This document shows, piece after piece, positions 25,596-35,088 of a stretch of DNA of 40,695 bases. A model generated the notes under the pieces. The model saw only the letters and a list, made by a program, of their open reading frames with translations. It did no database searches and was not told the DNA's origin. Each line of letters starts with the position of its first letter. The first letter of the stretch is position 1. The stretch is from a virus (Duplodnaviria > Caudoviricetes): positions 1 through 40,695 of IMG/VR virus record IMGVR_UViG_3300030330_000985; one strand, given 5' to 3'. Both the position numbers and the translations under genes were made by a program.

Positions 25596-28168
25596 TGCAA
25601 ATGTTAACAAATGAGCCAATGGGCGGAATTACATCAGGGTTAGAAGATAACGAATCAGTTCAGGCATTGAGTAATGTAACCTCGGGCATTGAAACATTGT
25701 TTCAAAATATTGATGACGCTGATAATCCAAAAGAAATTATGGATGCTATCCGTGGTGATGAAGCTAGCGTAGAACAAAGACGTACAGAACTTGCACAGTT
25801 AGTTGGTGAGGAAGATGCTAATAAAACACCAGAGTCTGTATTAACTATAGTACAACCTATAATGACTGTAATAGAATCCACTGGTGGTATATCTGATTTA
25901 GATACAGAAACACCAGTTGCACCAAATATTGATGAGTCACAACAAATGGAAGCTATGGCTAGAATGCAAAGTGGTGAGAACCCTATTATGTTAAGGACAG
26001 GTAATCCACCTACTGTAGATATAAATGCTTTACAAAAATTAGCATCAACACCAGTGGGTTTGTTAGGGTTAGCCGAAAGTTATGCACCAAAAGTTACGCC
26101 ATTGGCTACTTTACAAGAACAATATACTTCTAGACCAAGTGCATATGATGAGTATAGTAAAATCCTCCCTGGATTAACATTAGCAAGGATTGGTCAAGTA
26201 ATAGGTCGTAGTCCTACTTTATTAGATGCCGCTCTGTCACCTGAAACGCAAAAGCAACTTGATCCTTTGATACAACTACAATTATTAAAAGCTAAAGAAA
26301 AAGAAAGTCGTTTAGAAAAAGCAGGAGATGTTTACAAAGAAGAAGTAAAAGCTAAAGGTAAAGCTAAATCTGAAATGATTAAACCAGTCTTAACAGAATT
26401 AGCTAAAACCGGATTTACGTTTAGTAAAAATGAGTTTGGTGACACAATAGCAGAAAACAAGAGAACTGGTGAAGTAAAAATTGTTGATCGCGGTCCAGGA
26501 AAAGTTATTGAAAGAGATGGTTTTATAGGTAGAATAACGCAAGATGCTGATGGTGGTTCTTCTCTTAAAGTCATGTTCCAAAGACCTGAGATTAAAAGTT
26601 TTACAGATGCTCCGTCAGGTGCTACTTACTTGTATGATATAAATAAAAAGAAACCAGATGGTACATTTGATTTCCAAATAGTGGGTGGTAAAACTGATAA
26701 GCAAATATCAGCAGAAAACACAGTCGTAAAAGAAGGTCCTGGAGGAGCTATCTTTTTAATTGATAAAATTAATAAAACGGCAACACAAAGAGTAAAAGGT
26801 AGAGATGATGTTGACATTATTAATGTCGAGGGTGTTGGTTTAGTCGCAATAAATAAAACTAAAAATACTAAAAAAGTTTTTGAAGGCACTGCTGGTAAAA
26901 ACATGGTGCATTTTGGCACAGAAAAAACTGGGTTTATGGCTGTAGATTTAAATAATCCGACTGACAAAGTTACATTATCAGACAAAGTTGCTCCAGAGTT
27001 ACAACAAAACATAGACAAATTATTAGAAGCTCAAGCAGTACTTAGAGATCCTGCCACGAATAGAAACAGTAATCAATATAAAGATGCACAACAACGAGTA
27101 CAGATATTAAGTAGAACATTGTTTGATACAAGTGAGTTTGAAAATGTTGTTAATAATAAAGCTAACTTAATGCGTACAAGATTAGCACAAGCTGGATTAG
27201 AAGAAGTTGAGATTGATCGTTTAGTTAATAATTATAAAGAAGATGCGTTTGATGACTTTATTACTAAAAGCTCAACTTTGACAACACAGTACAACCCATC
27301 AGAATCAATGGATAAAGTATTTGCTAAATCAATTGATAAGTTGATTACTGATACTAGAGAGTCAGCAACAAATAATGAAAGAATAGCAAGTTTTGCTTCA
27401 ATATTCAAAGAAGGTACAAAAGGATTTAGAACTGGTACGTTTGCTAATGCAAGATTAACTATAGGTAAATTGTTACAAGCCTCTCCAACTCTCAATGCTA
27501 AAATGCAAGAAGTAATTGGTGCTGATACTTTAAAAGATTTCCTTGGTGGTAATATAGCTGTTGGTGAAACATTGAATAAAGTAGGTGCTCAATTTGCTGT
27601 AACTTTTGCATCTAACTTTCCAGGAAACTTGAACCAGTCAGAAGTTGACTTAATTAAAGAAGCTGGATTACAACTATCTACAACACCTGAAGGTATAGAG
27701 ATTATGGAACAAATATTTAATCAGGCTTCAGTGCGTTCTACAAAAGAACTTGAAATAATTAATGAGGCGATGAAAGATCCGGCACTTAAAGCTATGAAGC
27801 CAGAAGATAGATATATAGCTATGACAGCTAGAATAGATGCGTATCGTAAGGCTAATCCATTAGTTAGACCAGAAACTATTAGTAAATTAAAAAATGCAAA
27901 ACCCGAAACTGTTGAGGGTTTCTATTTTGCCAGAAAAGGAACTGATGAAGACGCTGGTATTAACATTGGTCCAAATCAAGTAGCACGAGCACAACTCATA
28001 TTTAAGCCAGATGTTGATAATGCTCAAGACTTTTTAGTAAATTATGGTGATGAGTTTAGAGGTTTATTAAAAAGTCAACTACCAAATAAACAATTTAGTG
28101 ATCAAGATATAAAAGACTTTTTTGATAGATATAGACAATTTGATTTTAAACAAAGAGTAGTACAATAA
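25595..28168 (+). CDS. Large internal virion / ejection protein
   Basis: 857 aa, third gene of the ejection cluster. MDAIRGD...KTPESVL N-terminal motif and central beta-meander repeats. Confidence 0.6.
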   Translation: MQMLTNEPMGGITSGLEDNESVQALSNVTSGIETLFQNIDDADNPKEIMDAIRGDEASVEQRRTELAQLVGEEDANKTPESVLTIVQPIMTVIESTGGISDLDTETPVAPNIDESQQMEAMARMQSGENPIMLRTGNPPTVDINALQKLASTPVGLLGLAESYAPKVTPLATLQEQYTSRPSAYDEYSKILPGLTLARIGQVIGRSPTLLDAALSPETQKQLDPLIQLQLLKAKEKESRLEKAGDVYKEEVKAKGKAKSEMIKPVLTELAKTGFTFSKNEFGDTIAENKRTGEVKIVDRGPGKVIERDGFIGRITQDADGGSSLKVMFQRPEIKSFTDAPSGATYLYDINKKKPDGTFDFQIVGGKTDKQISAENTVVKEGPGGAIFLIDKINKTATQRVKGRDDVDIINVEGVGLVAINKTKNTKKVFEGTAGKNMVHFGTEKTGFMAVDLNNPTDKVTLSDKVAPELQQNIDKLLEAQAVLRDPATNRNSNQYKDAQQRVQILSRTLFDTSEFENVVNNKANLMRTRLAQAGLEEVEIDRLVNNYKEDAFDDFITKSSTLTTQYNPSESMDKVFAKSIDKLITDTRESATNNERIASFASIFKEGTKGFRTGTFANARLTIGKLLQASPTLNAKMQEVIGADTLKDFLGGNIAVGETLNKVGAQFAVTFASNFPGNLNQSEVDLIKEAGLQLSTTPEGIEIMEQIFNQASVRSTKELEIINEAMKDPALKAMKPEDRYIAMTARIDAYRKANPLVRPETISKLKNAKPETVEGFYFARKGTDEDAGINIGPNQVARAQLIFKPDVDNAQDFLVNYGDEFRGLLKSQLPNKQFSDQDIKDFFDRYRQFDFKQRVVQ

Positions 28169-31156
28169 ATGTTAAATGAGCCACAAGGTAAAGATATTAA
28201 TGTTACAACCACACCTTCTAGTTCATTGAATGAACCAGTCGGTCAAGATATAGTAACAACTTCAGGCGTAACTAGTGCTAAAACTGCTGGAGGTACTTCG
28301 TTAGAAGTTGTACCAGAGTCTAGCTTTTTTGATTTATTAAAAGCTGTTGCTCCTGATGCAGAAACAACTCTATCTTTCATGACGCAACCAGGATTAACGA
28401 TGGCAACAACTAAAGAAGGTGAGTTTGGTGAGTATACTGAGGGCGTCAATACAATACTGAGAAATATGAAACTTGAAAATCAACGTGTTGAAGATGTATT
28501 AAAAGAACGTTTTGGTGATAAATATTCTGGTAGAGATGAGATTGGTGGACTTACTGCAAATGATAGAGATAGTTTAGCACGTCGATCATTTGATTTTAAA
28601 AACCAGTTTGCTTATTTTAAAAGAAAATATCCTGAAGGTAGATTATTAAGAGTAGGAGTAGGTGGTAAAAAAACAGAAATGTTATACTCTTTAACTAAAG
28701 ATGGTCCTCTGTATAGAGTAGATCCAGATGGTGGGTTTAGTGATTTTACTGGGGATATTGGTGACTTTAGTGGCACATTTTTAAATTATGCTACAGCAGG
28801 AGGGCTTGTTGGCTCATTTTTTTCTCCCTTTTTAGGGACTGCTGGAGGTGTAATGTTTGGAGCTACGTTAGATAGAGCTCTAGCTGATGAAGGTGTTGAT
28901 GTTGAAGATAAATCTTTTAGGGAAAAATTAGTTACTGGATTTACCAGTGACGTCGCTTTACAAGGTGTAATTGAAGGAGCAGTAAACAAAGTCTTACCAG
29001 GAATGGGTAGATTTGTTGTTGACAGAATGCTTGGTAATAAAGGTGTGCCTTTTGGAGCTTTTGTTGGTAAAACACCACCCTCGGCTCTCACAGCTCAAAA
29101 GTTTGCTATGGATGAAGGGTTACCTCCGTTATCAATATCGCAACTTGCTACTAATTCACCTATACTACAAAAAATGGCTCAACAAGTAGGTGGTACATCA
29201 AACATTCTACAAGCTATGACCACAGCTCAACAACAAGCACTATACAAAAAAGCTAAAGATTTAGCTAAACAAGATCTTTCTACTTTGTCTCAAGGTAACT
29301 TAATGTTTACTATAGATAAATTAGGTAAAAACATAATATCAGATACTGTTAGAAGAGTTCAGACAATTGAAGGTAAAGCCATCAATGTAAGATATGATGA
29401 TATTGTAAATGACCTTGATTTGTATAAAAAAGGTATGAATGAATTAATTGATCGTACTTTTACAAAAGCCTTTTCATCAGCTAGAGCTGGTAACGTAAAA
29501 TTTGATATTAGTAATCTAGCTGTCAAGTTAGATGACATGCTTACTGGCACTCAAATAAAAATGGCAAAAAAAGGTCAAAAAGGTCAAAATCTTTATGAAA
29601 AAATAGGTGGTGATTTACAAGGTGATTTAGGTAATTTACTCAACCAACTCAAAAGAGCAGACCCAAATGTTGGAACAATATCTGTTGCTACGTTTGGTAA
29701 AAAAAGAACATTTGATGCACTCAAACAAATGCTTACTGTAAGAAATAAATTAAGTGATATCGTAGCACAAAAAGGTGATGGGGCTTATCTAGCGAGAGAG
29801 TTAATGGATGAGATTGATAAAGTTATTGATACACCTTCAGGTGGCTCTGGTGAATTTAAAAAGTTTTTAGCTGATGCAAGAGTATTGACTAAAGAAAAAA
29901 CTGATGTAGTAAACTTTACAAGTTTAAATACTTTGTTTGACAGAAACGCTGGCATAAACGTAATGAAAACAATGGACGCTTTGTACAAGGGCAACCTCAA
30001 TGCAAACGATTTAAAATTACTAAAAAACTTTATGCGTATAAGTAAAGAGGGTGGAACTAAAGCTGTTTCACAACTTAACAATATTAAAACTATGGAAAAC
30101 ATACAAGATGGTTTTATACAATATACTCTTGCGAACATAGATACTGGTGCTCCTTTACTTAAAAAGATTGCTACGGAAAAACCTGAACTGTTTAAATTAT
30201 TAGTTCCAAATGCAAGCACTCGTTCCGCATTGCTAAAGTTTACAGATAGACATAATTGGTTGAAAAATAGTGGCACTGTAAAAGCAATGGAGAGAGAACT
30301 TGTTGATGCAGAAGTTGCTTTTAATGAAATAAAAGATAGCACACAAAAAGAACTTTTAAATAAAATAAATATATCTGGTGGAATCAATGGTCAATATGCA
30401 GAAAAGTTGAGAACTCATGTTTTATCTACGATTTTAGATAAACCTAACGTAACACGAATAAGCGATATTGATGGTTCTACAATTATAAATGGTAAAGCTC
30501 TTACAAAAGAATTAGATGACTTAAAAAGATTCGCTGGACCTTACGCTAATTTAAAACCTTTATTTTCAAAACAAGGTAAACCAGACGAGGTGGATAAAGA
30601 ATATTTTAAAAATTTAGAAGGCATACGAATATACGGTTTTTTTGCTAATATGGGTGAAGATGCTGGATCTTCCTTTGCAACTGGTTCTGTTGTAGGACAA
30701 GCAACAAGAGGTCAGTTTTTTGAGTTTATATCTTCAGCCTTACCAAGAAATGCTCTAGCAATTTTAATGTCACAAAAGCCTAGTGTCGCTCAACTTACAA
30801 AAGAACATAGTAAAAAAACATTTCTAAATAGAACTGGGTACTTAAATAAATTAAGTTCTATACTTACAAGCATTGAAAGAGAGTTAGGTTTAGCAAGTGA
30901 AGATATTACTCCTGGGTTTGAGGACGAAACTAGAGAACAAGAGTTTAAAAGAACTGGTAAACCTCCGTTCATGGGTGATCAAGCATCAGTAAATACAATT
31001 ACGCCAAACACAGCAAATTTGAATTTAAGTCTTCCCAAGGTATCAGGTGGGGGTAATGTTAATCCTCCAAACAACCAGCAATACGCAAGTCTATTCCCAT
31101 TTGATACCACGGGAACGGCTATTGCAAACAGAGCAGGAATAATGGGATTAACGTGA
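28169..31156 (+). CDS. Large internal virion / ejection protein
   Basis: 995 aa with a glycine-zipper hydrophobic segment (AGGLVGSFFSPFLGTAGGVMFGA) and C-terminal YASLFPFD. Confidence 0.6.
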   Translation: MLNEPQGKDINVTTTPSSSLNEPVGQDIVTTSGVTSAKTAGGTSLEVVPESSFFDLLKAVAPDAETTLSFMTQPGLTMATTKEGEFGEYTEGVNTILRNMKLENQRVEDVLKERFGDKYSGRDEIGGLTANDRDSLARRSFDFKNQFAYFKRKYPEGRLLRVGVGGKKTEMLYSLTKDGPLYRVDPDGGFSDFTGDIGDFSGTFLNYATAGGLVGSFFSPFLGTAGGVMFGATLDRALADEGVDVEDKSFREKLVTGFTSDVALQGVIEGAVNKVLPGMGRFVVDRMLGNKGVPFGAFVGKTPPSALTAQKFAMDEGLPPLSISQLATNSPILQKMAQQVGGTSNILQAMTTAQQQALYKKAKDLAKQDLSTLSQGNLMFTIDKLGKNIISDTVRRVQTIEGKAINVRYDDIVNDLDLYKKGMNELIDRTFTKAFSSARAGNVKFDISNLAVKLDDMLTGTQIKMAKKGQKGQNLYEKIGGDLQGDLGNLLNQLKRADPNVGTISVATFGKKRTFDALKQMLTVRNKLSDIVAQKGDGAYLARELMDEIDKVIDTPSGGSGEFKKFLADARVLTKEKTDVVNFTSLNTLFDRNAGINVMKTMDALYKGNLNANDLKLLKNFMRISKEGGTKAVSQLNNIKTMENIQDGFIQYTLANIDTGAPLLKKIATEKPELFKLLVPNASTRSALLKFTDRHNWLKNSGTVKAMERELVDAEVAFNEIKDSTQKELLNKINISGGINGQYAEKLRTHVLSTILDKPNVTRISDIDGSTIINGKALTKELDDLKRFAGPYANLKPLFSKQGKPDEVDKEYFKNLEGIRIYGFFANMGEDAGSSFATGSVVGQATRGQFFEFISSALPRNALAILMSQKPSVAQLTKEHSKKTFLNRTGYLNKLSSILTSIERELGLASEDITPGFEDETREQEFKRTGKPPFMGDQASVNTITPNTANLNLSLPKVSGGGNVNPPNNQQYASLFPFDTTGTAIANRAGIMGLT

Positions 31157-31602
31157 ACTTAGAACAATTACAAAAAGAAATAGCTGAAGATGAAGGTTGT
31201 GTACACGAAATATACCTAGATCATTTAGGTTTACCGACCTTTGGTATTGGTCATTTAATAAAAGAAACTGATCCTGAATATGATCAACCAGTTGGGACTC
31301 CAGTATCGGAGGATAGAGTTGATGCTTGTTTTGCGTCTGATATACAAATCACATTGAATGATTGCAACAAGTTATATCCCAACTACGATGACTTACCCGA
31401 AGAGGTACAATTAATCATCGCCAACATGATGTTCAATATGGGATATCCTAGAATGTCTGGATTTAAAAAGATGAAAGAAGCCGTTGACAGTGGTGACTGG
31501 GTTGAAGCATCTGAACAAATGAAAGACTCTAGATGGTATCGCCAAGTAACTAATCGTGCTGATAGACTCGTAAATAGAATGATGGTGGTTAATATTGTAT
31601 AG
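31153..31602 (+). CDS. Lysozyme (GH24, T4-lysozyme-like endolysin)
   Basis: EDEG...YLDHLG.PTFGIGH catalytic E/D/T pattern, NMMFNMG and SRWYRQVTNRA. Confidence 0.9.
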   Translation: MNLEQLQKEIAEDEGCVHEIYLDHLGLPTFGIGHLIKETDPEYDQPVGTPVSEDRVDACFASDIQITLNDCNKLYPNYDDLPEEVQLIIANMMFNMGYPRMSGFKKMKEAVDSGDWVEASEQMKDSRWYRQVTNRADRLVNRMMVVNIV

Positions 31603-31610
31603 AGGTAATC

Positions 31611-32090
31611 ATGGATCCAGCTTCAATTGGATTAGCAATAACTGCGGCGAGTAAAGCCTTCACAGCAATTAAAAATGGTTTTGCGATTGGTCGTGATATT
31701 GAATCAATGGGTAAAGATTTAGGTCGTTGGATGGGTGCATTGAGTGATATTGATAATGCCGAAAAGTCAGCAAAAAATGCCTCTCCACTCAGAAAATTAT
31801 TTAAAGGCAAAGAAATAGAAGCTAGTGCGATTGAGGCTTTTACTGCAAAGAAAAAGTTAGAAGCACAGAGGCAAGAACTTAAATCATTTATAAATTTTCA
31901 TTACGGAGCAAACTCCTGGAATGAAATATTACATATGGAAGCAGAAATAAGAAAACAAAGACAAAAAGAAATATATGAACGCCAAGAACTTGTTAGAAAA
32001 ATATGGGAGTATATTGGTTGGTTTGTTTTATTTTGCACCATCATAGGTTTTATAATATTTCTTGCATGGCTATATAAGGAAAGTAGATGA
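31611..32090 (+). CDS. Coiled-coil protein with a C-terminal TM helix
   Basis: MDPASIGLAITAA N-terminus; IGWFVLFCTIIGFIIFLAWL TM segment; GAGG RBS. Confidence 0.7.
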   Translation: MDPASIGLAITAASKAFTAIKNGFAIGRDIESMGKDLGRWMGALSDIDNAEKSAKNASPLRKLFKGKEIEASAIEAFTAKKKLEAQRQELKSFINFHYGANSWNEILHMEAEIRKQRQKEIYERQELVRKIWEYIGWFVLFCTIIGFIIFLAWLYKESR

Positions 32091-32407
32091 CACAAAAACA
32101 ATTACAGAAAAAATCTAAATATGCAGAGTATGATATCGATGGTGACGGCATAGTTTCTGATGAAGAACTTTCTAGTATGAAAGAAATAAAAGACACGGAA
32201 ACAAAAGCACGCAAAAATCTAGCACAATTACGCATGGCAAGATACACTCTGATAGGTATGGGAGTGTTTACTGTCGCTATGTTTGTTGTTCCTATAGAAA
32301 GAGTAGAAGCATTAGCTGATATTAGCAATTTATTCTATATTTCTGGTGCTGGAATAGTGGGAACTTATATGGGGACTACTGCGTACTTGACCAAGAATGG
32401 GAAGTAA
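32087..32407 (+). CDS. Two-TM holin-like protein with an EF-hand loop
   Basis: DIDGDGIVSDEE loop and two hydrophobic helices; last gene of the lysis cluster. Confidence 0.65.
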   Translation: MTQKQLQKKSKYAEYDIDGDGIVSDEELSSMKEIKDTETKARKNLAQLRMARYTLIGMGVFTVAMFVVPIERVEALADISNLFYISGAGIVGTYMGTTAYLTKNGK

Positions 32408-32479
32408 TTTTAGGGTACAAACATACCACTGCCCTACGCTCCAATGACTATATCGAGCTTATTCGGATCCGTTTTTTCG

Positions 32480-33916
32480 TCAAACTATCCAATCTGTTAC
32501 ATTTTCTTGTAAAACTACACTAGCAAGATTAATTTTGTTTCTGAGGGCTTGTAGCACTTTTTCATCAACAGTTTTGTCAGCAATAATATCAATATAAGTT
32601 ACTTTATTTACTTGTCCAATACGATGTGCTCTGTCTTCACTTTGTAAACGCACTTCTAAATCATAACTATTACTATAATATATAACTGTAGATGCTTGAG
32701 TAAGTGTTAATCCATAACCACCAGTTCTAGGTTGTCCCACAAAAAATCTCACTGGGCTATCTGGATTTTGGAAAGCACTTACAGCATAGTCACGTTGATC
32801 AGTTGTAGTTTCACCATAATAACTCACTACACTTTCTACACCGTACATTCTACCTATGAGTTGTTCTATTAGTACGATGTCCATTGTAAAGTTCGCCCAT
32901 ATAATAACTTTGCCATCTATTTCATCAAGCATAACTTCTAACTCATTTAGTTTTGTTGATGGAAAGTTTTTTACCGTGCCATCATCTAACTTTACATGAC
33001 CAGAACATACTTGTTGTAGCCGAAGTAATTGTGTCAATATTGTGGTAGGAGTAACAGTACCCTCTTCACATATACCAAGTGCTATCTTTTTTATATCATC
33101 ATACATTTTACGTTGTGCATCACTTAACTCAACAATACGCTTGGTGTATACTTTGTCAGGTAAATCCAAACAATCTTGTTTACGCACTCTAAAACTAAAA
33201 TTATCTAACAAACCATTTAGCTCCTTTAAATTTTTATATCCCACTATTTGATTAAAACTATATGAACCTAAATTACGACGTTTTATAATCGCATACTCAT
33301 ATTGGAAACTATAGAAACTTTTATGACCTAATAGAGTTGGGTTTAAAAACTCACATTGTGTATATAAATCCATAGGGCTTTTTGTTATAGGACTACCAGT
33401 CATAATCCTACGGAACTTGGCACTCTTTCCAAGTTTCACTATAGACTTTGTTCGTTTTGCTTTTTTACTTTTTATTGTAGTACTTTCATCTATAGCCATT
33501 AATACAGTATGAGCTAACAAAAACTTTTCAGCCACTTCTACACCTTTGCGTGTGCTAAAGGCTTCTATATTCATTAAGAATATTTTTAAATTATCATTTG
33601 GTACAAATAAACTTTTCCAAGTCTGTAAAAACTTTTGTGTGTGATTAGGTTGCCATACACAGATATCAGTTAGCACATGTTCTGGCATATGAGTTGGTAT
33701 CTCATTACGAGACCAGTTTCTATATACACCTTTTGGTGCAATAATCAAAACACCAGTTATATGTCCTCTGTCATACAACACACTAAAATTATCTATCAAA
33801 ACCTTAGACTTACCAGTTCCCATATCCATAAAAAAAGCAAACTCTTCCAAGTTCCACCCTTTCCTTAGAGCTGTTAGCTGATGCTCATAAGGTTGTAATT
33901 TAAATTTATATTTCAT
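32480..33916 (-). CDS. SNF2-family (SF2) helicase/ATPase
   Basis: MDMGTGKS (motif I), DEST (II), TGSP (III), LLRLQQ, GGYGLTLT and QSEDRAHRIGQ (VI). Start placed at ATG 33916 (MKYKF) behind AGAAAG. Confidence 0.9.
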   Translation of the reverse strand: MKYKFKLQPYEHQLTALRKGWNLEEFAFFMDMGTGKSKVLIDNFSVLYDRGHITGVLIIAPKGVYRNWSRNEIPTHMPEHVLTDICVWQPNHTQKFLQTWKSLFVPNDNLKIFLMNIEAFSTRKGVEVAEKFLLAHTVLMAIDESTTIKSKKAKRTKSIVKLGKSAKFRRIMTGSPITKSPMDLYTQCEFLNPTLLGHKSFYSFQYEYAIIKRRNLGSYSFNQIVGYKNLKELNGLLDNFSFRVRKQDCLDLPDKVYTKRIVELSDAQRKMYDDIKKIALGICEEGTVTPTTILTQLLRLQQVCSGHVKLDDGTVKNFPSTKLNELEVMLDEIDGKVIIWANFTMDIVLIEQLIGRMYGVESVVSYYGETTTDQRDYAVSAFQNPDSPVRFFVGQPRTGGYGLTLTQASTVIYYSNSYDLEVRLQSEDRAHRIGQVNKVTYIDIIADKTVDEKVLQALRNKINLASVVLQENVTDWIV

Positions 33917-34092
33917 TACAAAACTTTCTAACTTTATTATATACAAAGTGTTTTGGATTTTAAGTATTTTTTGCTCAGCACGATATTATTCGCGGGACGG
34001 AAAATATATCGATATCTGATATTTAAATATCTGATTTATCATTTAGACTAAATTGTGTTTTACTACTATATATAAAAGTATATATTTATTAA
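33917..34092. promoter_or_regulatory. AT-rich divergent control region (promoters / possible origin)
   Basis: Non-coding stretch between divergent genes. Palindromes atatcgatat (34006-34015) and gatatttaaatatc (34018-34031); atatctgat direct repeat at 34012 and 34027. Confidence 0.55.
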
Positions 34093-34197
34093 TGCTAGTG
34101 TTTAGTAGCGTGACATGCAAACCGTTCACTTGGCTACCAAGAGCCCTAAGCTCCTAGGCAAAGGGTGTGAGGTAGCGACAAGGGTTAAACACTAGCA
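34093..34197 (+). ncRNA. Candidate structured RNA / long hairpin leader of the replication operon
   Basis: Perfect 12-bp closing stem (34093-34104 with 34186-34197) and nested stems cttg/caag, gctacc/ggtagc and gccct/agggt. GC-richer than its flanks. Confidence 0.45.
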
Positions 34198-34223
34198 AGA
34201 CTAACAACAGCATAGGAGAAAGT

Positions 34224-34532
34224 GTGACTGTATTTATTACGCAAGAAGTTCCTGGAAGAGACATAACGAAGGCTTCTGAGTTTGGCGATCTGCAAATCCT
34301 CATTCCTGCAAAGGAACAAGTTGCCTTATCCTCACAGCCAACGGCTAGGAGAATAAATCGCTTGTTGCGTAATTTTAACAATGAAGACTATTTGCTATTA
34401 TCTGGGGATCCTGTGATTATTGGCATCTCTTGTGCTGTTGCCATGTCAAACAATTTAGGTAAAGCAAAAATACTTAAATGGGATAGGCTTGATGAAGAGT
34501 ATTATCCTTTAACAGTTGACATTTATAAATAA
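34224..34532 (+). CDS. Conserved hypothetical protein, first gene of the replication operon
   Basis: GTG after AGGAG; DYLLLSGDP and LKWDR motifs. Confidence 0.75.
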   Translation: MTVFITQEVPGRDITKASEFGDLQILIPAKEQVALSSQPTARRINRLLRNFNNEDYLLLSGDPVIIGISCAVAMSNNLGKAKILKWDRLDEEYYPLTVDIYK

Positions 34533-34542
34533 GGAGGCTTAC

Positions 34543-35088
34543 ATGGATTTTGAATCAACTGCTAACGAGCTTACGAAAGTAAGCGAAAAAGGTTTAAGTG
34601 CTGTCAGTTCACTTTGCAAAATGCAAGTAGAACTTGAGGACAGAGTTAAAACCTTAAAGTCAGAACTAAAAGAAGCTGAGCAAAAGTTAAGAGAAATATC
34701 ACACGACTTACTGCCTTCTGCTATGCAAGAACATAATTTAAAAACCTTGCAAACAGAAGATGGTCATGAGATTACTGTGGCAGACTTTGTATCAGCACAC
34801 ATAACAGAAGCTAATAGAAAAGATGCTCATGAGTGGCTAGTTTCTAATGGCTTTGGAAGTATAATAAAGAATACTGTTACTGCTTCATTTGGTAGGAACG
34901 AAGATAATAAAGCTAAAGATTTGTTAGCTGACCTACAAGGTAAAGGTATGACAGTAAGTAATAAAGTTTGGGTAGAGCCAATGACACTAAAGTCATTTGT
35001 TAAAGAACAAACTGGAAAAGGTGAAAATATACCTCATGACTTGTTTGGTGTATTTTTAGGTTTACAAGCTAAAGTAAGGAGAAAGTAA
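34543..35088 (+). CDS. Hypothetical coiled-coil replication-module protein
   Basis: Start placed at ATG 34543 behind AAGGAGG. WL..NGFGSIIKN and VEPMTLKSFVKE motifs. Confidence 0.75.
   Translation: MDFESTANELTKVSEKGLSAVSSLCKMQVELEDRVKTLKSELKEAEQKLREISHDLLPSAMQEHNLKTLQTEDGHEITVADFVSAHITEANRKDAHEWLVSNGFGSIIKNTVTASFGRNEDNKAKDLLADLQGKGMTVSNKVWVEPMTLKSFVKEQTGKGENIPHDLFGVFLGLQAKVRRK

Noticed and set aside
28169-28262. Short N-terminal duplication LNEPQGKDINVTT / LNEPVGQDIVTT
   Set aside because: Real but only two copies in a likely disordered terminus, with no functional inference possible.
2842-32328. Numerous 60-200 aa minus-strand ORFs in the track overlapping + strand genes (e.g. 4703-5068, 15085-15429, 29785-30387)
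   Set aside because: They are antisense shadows of well-supported coupled genes, with no RBS or domain evidence.
32408-32479. Possible bidirectional terminator between convergent genes
   Set aside because: Only a weak 7-bp stem (tagggta/tgcccta) with a long loop and no adjacent U tract.
34093-34197. tRNA or tmRNA interpretation of the structured element
   Set aside because: No cloverleaf, T-loop consensus or CCA end.
34154-34381. 75-aa minus-strand ORF across the hairpin and ORF 34224
   Set aside because: It is antisense to a gene with a good RBS and shows no coding features.
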